From a bacterium (GTDB lineage Bacteria; Zhuqueibacterota; QNDG01; JAFGCO01), in the NCBI GenBank assembly GCA_016930535.1, contig JAFGGN010000041.1:88708-152707 (forward strand): a stretch of DNA of 64,000 nt, given 5' to 3'. The notes under the pieces are model-generated. The model was given only the letters and a program-made list of their open reading frames with translations. It was not told the origin of the DNA and ran no database searches. Positions 57,801 to 64,000 of this stretch are shown here, piece after piece. Every line of letters begins with the position of its first letter. Positions within the stretch are counted from its first letter, which is position 1. The translations under genes and the position numbers were made by a program.

Positions 57801-57990
57801 ATTGTGTATCTATAATATTATTGGTGAAAAAATAAAATCTCTTGTCCATTCGTCTAAATCTGCTGGAAGACACGTGGTCATTTGGGATGGCTTAGATGAA
57901 GAAAATCATAAAGTCGATTGTGGTGTGTATATCGCAGCATTAATTACTACTGATTATCAAAGATCATACAAAATAACCTTACTAAAATAA
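54868..57990 (+). CDS. SBBP (beta-propeller repeat) protein with a T9SS C-terminal sorting domain, in an AT-rich (about 35-38% GC) segment
   Basis: An AGGAGG ribosome-binding site and a signal peptide are present. About 8 repeats read 'GYT.S.DFP(T/V)T.GAYD.TYNGG...D.FV.KLN..GS.L.YST(Y/F)IGG'. The CTD reads 'YNYPNPFNPTTTFTYDVP...CGVYIAAL...YKITLLK'. Confidence 0.7.
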   Translation: MKIKKICFAAIFMLISSTFSRPFQTMNGIHYFIRNRGQWPDDVEFLSKINGLNAWITKKGVVYDFYDLKSVKPMSEIHLHKKVIPINSSFRSGHIIRMNFFRNNEKTETKIMIDNTEKLDAYFNYFIGSNRSVWNSNVPLYKSVKMELFNKVYIQFYFTAEGFRYDFILEPGAQPENIRLAFEGQNGMCITADGEISLFTTLGEILFKDINAYQVIKNKIIKMRCRFVKYDNEQIGLDAEWKDLKTPLIIDPLLYSTFLGGSSTEGACMLGFDSNVSLDGAGNVIVSGYTRSDDFPTTSGAYDQTWNGEGGLLSGYHGDIFVSKLNSTGSGLIFSTFIGGDLCEAATCAIDNQEDIYLTGWTLSDNFPITTGAFDNTYNGSTGDPNGMDAIIVKLSNDGRNLIYSTYIGGNSLDQGMDIDIDFNGNCYITGVTASENFPATDGAYDESYNGGGSVGGGSYGDVFVTKLNPSGSNLVYSTYIGGSSIDCGNSCTLDPSNNLILTGHTYSNDFPVTPGSYDNTYNGGAVDAFLLKLNASGDNLNFSTYMGGSGNDWSHGLYLESNGDILTGGRTTSSNFPVTSGSYDTNYKSGEDVFITRLNNSGSLILNSTYIGGTQDDQCLSLNVDYNDEIIFTGYTQSPNYPCTSWADDLTYNGGSSDIIISKFSSGLNHLLYSSFLGGTGAETGVGVVLDAAGDAFITGVTGSSDFPITANAYDAVFAGGPSWGEAFISKVEFNSQTAIVALSEYSAGRFNYSLTYGEGLITEWSLATPGGITSAEIASGTSAQTNGWDGVSYTSTTATFTCSGGWSGTGSPIEGFYIYGVPGGMGTWTCHNSNGIIEATLSVEISSITAILNGTSVLICWTTESEIENVGFNIYRSTDMSNHPNRINTSVITGCGNSSSSIEYKYIDDDIEPGRQYYYMIESLDSHGNTTKYETVQALPCGSEKPVDYAFFYNYPNPFNPTTTFTYDVPIETQVELCIYNIIGEKIKSLVHSSKSAGRHVVIWDGLDEENHKVDCGVYIAALITTDYQRSYKITLLK

Positions 57991-58002
57991 GAAGTCATCG
58001 GA

Positions 58003-58230
58003 TCGGAGCGTGAAGCGGAGAACCGGAGCAGAGGAGAGACGGAGACAAAACAAACCCCTTCTCCGTTTCTCATTCTCTCCGCATCACCGTTTCACTCTCC
58101 GACACTACGACATAATGACCCAATGACTCAATGACCTTCTTGTATTCTCCGTTTCTCCCCATCTCCGAAGCTCCGTTTCACTCTCCAACCCAACGACCCA
58201 ACGACCCAAAGACCCTAAGACCCGATGGAC
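58003..58230 (+). repeat. Copy R5 of the composite interspersed repeat
   Basis: It contains GTGAAGCGGAGAACCGGAGCAGAGGAGAGACGGAGACAAAACAAACCCCTTCTCCGTTTCTC ... CACCGTTTCACTCTCCGACACTACGACATAATGACCCAATGACTCAATGACC ... CCGTTTCACTCTCCAACCCAACGACCCAACGACCCAAAGACCCTAAGACCCGATGGACC. It ends exactly at the rSAM stop codon. Confidence 0.8.
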
Positions 58231-59658
58231 CTATATACTTACTTTTTCCCTGTACTGCACCTCGATATCCGCATTTTTACCCGGTGTCAGGAGATCCACG
58301 ACTTTCAGGAACGTTTTGTTCTTGCGTTTCCATGACCGGTTGAGATCACGGGCCATGTGAGCCAGTCCCAGATCGAACCATTTGCCGCGCAGAAAACGTC
58401 GGATCATCTCCAGCTTTGAATAGAACCGGTCGTGGCTCACAATCTGGGCCCACTGCAGACCCTTGAAAGAGAACCGGGACGGTCTGAACACCACATGATG
58501 CGCATCGTACAGGCTCCAGTCCCTGAACTGTATACGCCCTTCCTGCACCATTTTCTCATAGAATTCGGAACCGGGCAGCGGCGTCAGAATCAGAAACTGA
58601 CTCGAAGTCAGGCCGGACCGTCGTGCAAATTTCACGGTTTCCTTAACGGTCCGGCTGTCGTCCTCGTCGAACCCGAACACGAACATGCCGTGTACGTGAA
58701 TCCGGGCCTTTTTCAGAATCCGGACGGCCCGTACGATGTCTTCGACAGTCTGGCTTTTCTTCATGGCTTTCAGACTCTCGGGATTCACGGATTCCATGCC
58801 GATAAAGAGCGTATGACATCCGGCCTTTTTCATCAGACGGACCAGCTCCGCGTCTGCGGCCACGTCCACACGCACCTGCGTGGACCATTTGAATCTGAAT
58901 TTCTCCCTGATCATCGCCTCCAGAAGATCACGCGCCCGTTTCCGGTTGGCCGTAAAATTATCGTCGTAGAAAAACACGTAATTGCCCCGCGCATTGTACT
59001 GGCGCAGCTCCTCGATAATGTTTTCCGTGGACCGGTACCGGTACTGTTTACCGAACATACCGGTCACTGAACAAAAGGAGCAGTTGAACGGACAGCCCCG
59101 TGATGTCTGGACCGGGACGATGCGGTGCCTTGCGATTTTCCGGATCTGTCCCTTCAGAAGCGAAAAATCCGGAAAGGGAATCGCGTCCAGGTCCCGGCAC
59201 AACCCCGACTGCGGATTGTGCACGATACGGCCCTCGCGCACGAAGGACAGACCCGGAACCGTATCGAAGGGCAGTCCTTTTTCCCAGCACGCCGCAAATG
59301 CCGCCAAGGGGGCCTCCCCTTCCCCGCGAATCACATAATCGGCATGTTCCAGCGCCTCGTCCGTCAGATAGGTCACATGCGGTCCGCCCATCATCACGGG
59401 AATGTTCATGGACCGGATCCGGTCAGCGATGGCATAGGCCCGGGGCGCCGTGGCCGTAATGGTGGAAATGCCAACCAGGTCGGCGTCATACAGGCTGTCA
59501 AACCGGATCGGAAACTGTGCCTCGACCACGATATCCACGTCCCAGCCGCGGTTTTTCATCAATGTGCCCAGCACGAAACTGCCCAGCCTGGGCAGCGGGA
59601 ATTTTGAAAAGATATGAATGTTCGAACTTTTCGGCTCTATAAAAACCATTTTAGGCAT
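58231..59658 (-). CDS. B12-binding-domain radical SAM protein (class B)
   Basis: The N-terminus has a cobalamin-binding Rossmann-like domain. The radical-SAM motif reads 'SRGCPFNCSFCS' (CxxxCxxC). Confidence 0.75.
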   Translation of the reverse strand: MPKMVFIEPKSSNIHIFSKFPLPRLGSFVLGTLMKNRGWDVDIVVEAQFPIRFDSLYDADLVGISTITATAPRAYAIADRIRSMNIPVMMGGPHVTYLTDEALEHADYVIRGEGEAPLAAFAACWEKGLPFDTVPGLSFVREGRIVHNPQSGLCRDLDAIPFPDFSLLKGQIRKIARHRIVPVQTSRGCPFNCSFCSVTGMFGKQYRYRSTENIIEELRQYNARGNYVFFYDDNFTANRKRARDLLEAMIREKFRFKWSTQVRVDVAADAELVRLMKKAGCHTLFIGMESVNPESLKAMKKSQTVEDIVRAVRILKKARIHVHGMFVFGFDEDDSRTVKETVKFARRSGLTSSQFLILTPLPGSEFYEKMVQEGRIQFRDWSLYDAHHVVFRPSRFSFKGLQWAQIVSHDRFYSKLEMIRRFLRGKWFDLGLAHMARDLNRSWKRKNKTFLKVVDLLTPGKNADIEVQYREKVSI

Positions 59659-60361
59659 TTTTCGCTCCTTCGCTCTGTTTCCGGTTCCGGTTTTTCAGGT
59701 TCTGAACTTCTTTCCGTTTCTTCTTCAGGAGATCTTCCCAACGCTGAATTCCTTCTTTCAAAAGATTCATCTGACCGAAAAGCTTGTCGATCGCTTCCAG
59801 CATGTCATCCAGTTTTTGTCCGGTCTCGGCCCTGCCCAGTAATTCCGGATCGGACTGAATCTGCAAAAACTCCCTGAAATAATCGGATACCTGTTTGATG
59901 TCTTCCAGCGAGTATCCGAAGCGCTGCAGGTCCTGAACCAAATGTGATAAAAATATGTAAACTTCAGAGTAAAGCCTGAATCCCCCCTCACTGCGCATAT
60001 CGGGTTCGATGATGCCGATGGTTTCCCAGTGTTTCAGTGTTCTCGGACTCACTCCCACCTTGTCGGCGAGCCCGCCTACCGTCAGGTAATGGTCCATCGC
60101 CTTGTCTGACTGTTTGTGTTCTGTTTTCGGCAGCCCGACCCGTTTCACGATTTTCTGAATCTCCTCCAGGCTGTATCCCAGATCGGTCAGTTTGCTGATT
60201 TTCTCCACCTGGCCGATGGCGCTCTCCGAATAAAAAGGCACCTTGTCTTCGGTATAGCCGACCGGCGCGATCAGTCTGGCTTTCTCCCAGGTTTCCAGTA
60301 TGTCGTCATGAATACCGACCTTGGCCAGAAACTCGTCCCGAATATAAATCTGTCCCGCCAT
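59651..60361 (-). CDS. MerR-family regulator with two tandem MerR HTH domains and a C-terminal coiled coil
   Basis: HTH 1 reads 'IRDEFLAKVGIHDDILETWEKARLIAP'. HTH 2 reads 'YLTVGGLADKVGVSPRTLKHWETIGIIEP'. It has no effector-binding or B12 domain. It overlaps the rSAM start by 8 nt. Confidence 0.65.
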   Translation of the reverse strand: MAGQIYIRDEFLAKVGIHDDILETWEKARLIAPVGYTEDKVPFYSESAIGQVEKISKLTDLGYSLEEIQKIVKRVGLPKTEHKQSDKAMDHYLTVGGLADKVGVSPRTLKHWETIGIIEPDMRSEGGFRLYSEVYIFLSHLVQDLQRFGYSLEDIKQVSDYFREFLQIQSDPELLGRAETGQKLDDMLEAIDKLFGQMNLLKEGIQRWEDLLKKKRKEVQNLKNRNRKQSEGAKNA

Positions 60362-60469
60362 AATACCCCTGTACGTTATTTTTTATTTTATTTTTTTTCA
60401 ACCTATACGTGAACGTACAGGAATATAATTTATTCATCAGGGAAAGTCAAGCGGTTTTTTAAATGCAGC

Positions 60470-61030
60470 AGAAGAGTATATGGGTGTATGGGTATATAAA
60501 ACCGCAGATCGCAAAAGACAGTGACACGGAGAAACGGAGCAGAGGAGAGACGGAGACAAAACAAATCCCTTCTCCGGTTCTCCGCTTCACACTACACGCT
60601 GACGACTCAATGACCTTTTTGTGTTCTCCGTTTCCCCGTTTCACTCTCCGACCCGACGACCATATGACCCGATGACCCTACAGATTCTATAGACCGCCGA
60701 AAATCCCAAATTACAAATCCCAAAAAACAAATAAATCACAAAAAACAAATTCTAAAATCCAAACACAAGAATCAGACCGCTGACAGCCGACCGCATGACC
60801 GCGCGCCGTAACCGGGCACCGTTTCCGGTGGCGGAGAAACGGTGAGACGGGTATACAATCCATGACCGAAGACGGCTGACTGCAGACCGCATATCATGGA
60901 CGGCCAAGCTGGCCGTCCTACATCAGTTTTCTCCGTTTCTCATCTTCTCCGTTTCCCCGTTTCACGCTCCGACCCGACGACCCAATGACCTGATGACCCA
61001 ATGACCCGATGACCTCATGGACCTGAAACG
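60470..61030 (+). repeat. Copy R6 of the composite interspersed repeat (long form, homologous to R3)
   Basis: It contains the AGAGTATATGGGTGTATGGGTATAT run, then ACGGAGAAACGGAGCAGAGGAGAGACGGAGACAAAACAAATCCCTTCTCC, then GCGCGCCGTAACCGGGCACCGTTTCCGGTGGCGGAGAAACGGTGAGACGG. It continues TCTCCGTTTCTCATCTTCTCCGTTTCCCCGTTTCACGCTCCGACCCGACGACCCAATGACCTGATGACCCAATGACCCGATGACCTCATGGACC. Confidence 0.8.
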
Positions 61031-61093
61031 GTAAACATTTTCCCCGCTGACATCGTCATACCATTGTCGAATCATTACGAGGAGGACAGCATC

Positions 61094-62995
61094 ATGAAAC
61101 GGATTTGCATGATCTTGTTGTTCCTGCCGGTCCTGGCGTGGGCCGGAAAAACCGGCTTCATTGCCGGTAACATCACGGAAAACAGCACCGGAGATCCCAT
61201 TCCCGGCTGCAATATCATACTGGAAGGCACAAAACTGGGTGCCGCTTCCGGCATGAACGGAGACTATCTCATTCAGAATGTGCCGCCCGGCAAATACACT
61301 CTCATTGCTTCTGCCCTCGGATACGAACAGGTGCAGCGTATGAATGTAAACGTGAAAAAGAACGATACGACTCGCGTCAATTTCCAGATGGTTGCCGGCG
61401 CGCTTCCGGATGAGGTCGTTGCACTTCACACGGAAAAAACCGACTCGGAAAACGACGTTTTTTCCATGGCTCCCCAGACGGTCCAGATGCAGGCCGGCGT
61501 CCTGTCCAAGGCTCAGGGAGCCCCGGGCCAGGCCCCGCATCGCATGCTCGGATTCACGGCCGCGGAAGCGGGAACCGACTGGAACACCGAAGAATACGAC
61601 AGGATCAACGAAAGCGGATTCCTCGAGGTACTGAAAAATCCCATGTCCACGTTCGCCGCGGACGTGGATGCCGCCTCCTATGCCAATGCGCGGCGTTTCA
61701 TCATGATGGACAGGCTGCCCATGAAAGACGTGGTGCGGTCCGAGGAGTTCATTAATTACTTCGATTACGATTATCCCCAGCCAAAGCAGGATCATCCGCT
61801 CTCCATCAATATCGAATACGGAAAATGTCCCTGGAACCAGGCGCATCACCTGGTGCATATCGGCCTTCGCGGAAAAAGCCTTAACCGTGAAGAGGCCAAA
61901 CCCAGCAACCTGGTATTCCTGATCGACGTGTCCGGATCCATGGACCATCCCAAGAAACTGCCGCTGCTTCAGAAGGCTTTCAATCTGCTTGCGGATCAGC
62001 TGCAGGAAAAGGACCGGGTGGCCATCGTGGTGTACGCCAGCGCAACCGGCCTGGTACTGCCGTCGACCCCGGGGTCCGAAAAGCAGACAATCAAGGATGC
62101 CATCAACAGGCTGGAAGCCGGCGGATCGACCGCTGGCGGCGCAGGCATTAAACTGGCCTACGAAGTGGCCAAAGAAAACCGGATCAAAGGAGGCAACAAC
62201 CGCGTGATCCTGGCCACGGACGGGGACTTCAATGTGGGCATTTCATCCACGGCCGAGCTGACCCGCTTCATCGAGGAAAAACGGGACGAGGGCATTTTCC
62301 TCACCGTGCTCGGATTCGGCATGGGCAATTACAAGGACCACCGCCTGCAGGAACTCGCGGACCGGGGGAACGGAAACCATGCCTATATCGACAATATAAT
62401 GGAAGCCAAAAAGGTCCTGGTGCATGAAATTACGGCCACGCTCTTCACCATCGCCAAGGACGTCAAGATACAGGTGGAGTTCAATCCGGCCAAAATCGCC
62501 TCCTACCGGCTGATCGGCTATGAAAACCGGAAACTTGCGGACAAGGATTTCGAAGACGACACCAAGGATGCCGGGGAAATCGGGGCCGGGCACACGGTCA
62601 CGGCCCTGTACGAAGTGATCCCGGCGGATCCGGATAAAGACACGGAAACCATGGACCTCAAATATCAGACCACACAGATCAAAAAGGATGCGGAAAAATC
62701 GGATGAAGTGCTGACCGTGCGCATCCGGTACAAGCCGCCGGACGGGGATACCAGTCTCGAATTCTCGAAAGTGCTCAAACGGGGTCCCGAAGATCCGGGG
62801 CAGCTTTCGGATAATTTCAGATTTTCCGCCGCGGTCGCCGAATTCGCCATGATTCTGAGGGATTCCGAGTTCAGGGCCGATTCGGAACTGGACCAGGTCA
62901 GGGCGCTTGCTAAATCCGCCATGGGCCGGGATCCGTACGGTTACAGGGCCGAGTTCCTGCAACTGGTCGGCCGTGTTGAAATGCTGAATAAGTGA
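61094..62995 (+). CDS. VWA-domain protein (YfbK-like) with an N-terminal carboxypeptidase-regulatory-like domain
   Basis: The ATG at 61094 gives the signal peptide 'MKRICMILLFLPVLAWA'. The CarbopepD_reg block reads 'GFIAGNITENSTGDPIPGCNIILEGTKLGAASGMNGDY'. The vWA MIDAS reads 'LVFLIDVSGSM...TAGGAG...ILATDGDFNVG'. Confidence 0.7.
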   Translation: MKRICMILLFLPVLAWAGKTGFIAGNITENSTGDPIPGCNIILEGTKLGAASGMNGDYLIQNVPPGKYTLIASALGYEQVQRMNVNVKKNDTTRVNFQMVAGALPDEVVALHTEKTDSENDVFSMAPQTVQMQAGVLSKAQGAPGQAPHRMLGFTAAEAGTDWNTEEYDRINESGFLEVLKNPMSTFAADVDAASYANARRFIMMDRLPMKDVVRSEEFINYFDYDYPQPKQDHPLSINIEYGKCPWNQAHHLVHIGLRGKSLNREEAKPSNLVFLIDVSGSMDHPKKLPLLQKAFNLLADQLQEKDRVAIVVYASATGLVLPSTPGSEKQTIKDAINRLEAGGSTAGGAGIKLAYEVAKENRIKGGNNRVILATDGDFNVGISSTAELTRFIEEKRDEGIFLTVLGFGMGNYKDHRLQELADRGNGNHAYIDNIMEAKKVLVHEITATLFTIAKDVKIQVEFNPAKIASYRLIGYENRKLADKDFEDDTKDAGEIGAGHTVTALYEVIPADPDKDTETMDLKYQTTQIKKDAEKSDEVLTVRIRYKPPDGDTSLEFSKVLKRGPEDPGQLSDNFRFSAAVAEFAMILRDSEFRADSELDQVRALAKSAMGRDPYGYRAEFLQLVGRVEMLNK

Positions 62996-63342
62996 TATTC
63001 CATAAGATGCCTTCTCCCTGCTCCCGGGCAGATCCGGCAAGGGCTGTCCAGAAAGCTGTAAAAATGGTCGTTGTTGATATCGTCTTCAATATGTAATTAT
63101 CAAAAACTGACTATTGGACAGCCCCCCGAATCTGCCGTCCTTACCGGAGCCCGGAACTCAGGCATCGCACAGGCATTCCGCCGCAGGTTGACTATACTAT
63201 CTCCGTTTTCCCCGCCCGTAAATTGTATTTGCTTCCCGCCTTGAATTTTACTATTTTTCATCAGGTTCATCATCACCGTCAATCATCTTTAGTAAAAATC
63301 GCCTGAAAAACCACGCGCCAGTTAAACCGGAAAGGCCTCGCC

Positions 63343-64000
63343 ATGTTACGCATGACCATGATTGCAGTCCTGATATTTCTTTCCTGCGCATCAGACACAC
63401 GAAAATCCGGAGATGCGGCAGCCCCGCCGACTGCAGCCGGACTGTTCGCCCGGGACCGTATCGCCACGGGGCTCAATGAACGGGATGCCGCTTTTACGCC
63501 GGACGGCCGCATGTTTTATTACACCGTACAGCACGGTAATGCAGGCACCATCGTGTTTACCGAAAAAACCGGAAGCGGCTGGTCCGAACCCGAAGTGGCG
63601 CCTTTCTCCGGGCGGTTCAGCGACGTGGAGCCGTTTATCACACCGGACGGCAGCCGGTTTTATTTCGCATCCAACAGACCTTTGGACGGGTCTGACACGC
63701 CCAAGGACTATGATATCTGGTTCATGCAATGGAAAGACGGCTGCTGGTCCGATCCTGAAAATCCGGGTCTGCCTGTGAATACCGAAAACAACGAATTTTT
63801 TCCGACACTGACCAGGGACAACACCCTCATCTTTACGGGCAAGCGGGACGGGCAGCGTGACGAAGACATATTCAGGAGCCGCTGGACGGGTGACAAGTTC
63901 GACGTCCCTGAAAAAATGGATGCCGCCGTCAATTCTCCGGGTGAAGAATTCAACGCCATGATCTCTCCGGACGACAGCGTTCTGATTTTTACGGCCTGGG
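63343..64000 (+). CDS. Partial (3'-truncated) TolB-like PD40/WD40-like beta-propeller lipoprotein
   Basis: It is open to the window end and is absent from the ORF track because it has no stop. The lipobox reads 'MIAVLIFLSCAS'. The PD40 repeats read 'ERDAAFTPDGRMFYY', 'DVEPFITPDGSRFYFAS' and 'EFFPTLTRDNTLIF'. Confidence 0.6.
   Translation, partial: MLRMTMIAVLIFLSCASDTRKSGDAAAPPTAAGLFARDRIATGLNERDAAFTPDGRMFYYTVQHGNAGTIVFTEKTGSGWSEPEVAPFSGRFSDVEPFITPDGSRFYFASNRPLDGSDTPKDYDIWFMQWKDGCWSDPENPGLPVNTENNEFFPTLTRDNTLIFTGKRDGQRDEDIFRSRWTGDKFDVPEKMDAAVNSPGEEFNAMISPDDSVLIFTAW

Noticed and set aside
26107-61025. The (NGACCCAA)n tandem arrays as CRISPR arrays
   Set aside because: The repeat unit is 8 bp with no spacers. 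It is not the 24-48-bp repeats separated by unique spacers of similar length that a CRISPR array has. No cas genes are nearby.

Overview
This 64-kb window looks like it comes from an uncultivated Gram-negative bacterium carrying a type IX secretion system (T9SS). The evidence is four consecutive proteins with T9SS C-terminal sorting domains plus a fifth elsewhere, two PorV/PorQ-like outer-membrane beta-barrels, and a SusC-like TonB receptor. No tools were run; every call is from reading the sequence and the six-frame ORF track.

The window has two compositional compartments.

Compartment A (1-24.9 kb) has lower GC, about 42-47% by eye, and contains a 23-30% GC IS4-transposase remnant at 8.6-9.8 kb. 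It ends exactly at the 3' CCA end of a tRNA-Val. It is an unusually dense two-component signalling region: 8 histidine-kinase-type genes, 14 receiver (REC) domains and one Hpt. No DNA-binding output domain appears anywhere. Four kinases are REC-gated, with an N-terminal REC fused to a sensor-less HisKA-HATPase core. A TonB receptor / YfiR(DUF4154) / kinase / REC module sits at 17.9-24.2 kb. A fused STAS-RsbW-like partner-switch protein lies just beyond the tRNA.

Compartment B (25-64 kb) is about 58-62% GC. It carries an LpxL-like acyltransferase, a HExxH membrane peptidase, two PorV/PorQ-like proteins and a tRNA-Thr. It also has a LacI / SusC-like TonB receptor / T9SS-sorted protein / PorV locus with no SusD, and a TetR regulator with a DUF362 [4Fe-4S] protein sharing GACTGA/TCAGTC palindromes. 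A run of T9SS-sorted giant proteins follows:
- a 1425-aa PKD-GEVED protein;
- two tandem arylsulfotransferase-like paralogs, the second a pseudogene with an in-frame TGA and a -1 frameshift;
- an SBBP-repeat protein in a 35-38% GC patch.

A tandem-MerR / B12 radical-SAM pair, a VWA (YfbK-like) protein and a partial TolB-like lipoprotein complete the compartment.

Compartment B, but not A, is littered with a composite interspersed repeat I do not recognise. It combines GAGAAACGGAGA / TCTCCGTTTCTC hairpin modules, a CCGTTTCACTCTCC core and tandem 8-mer (NGACCCAA)n arrays. Copies sit at six or more loci and repeatedly bracket minus-strand gene units.
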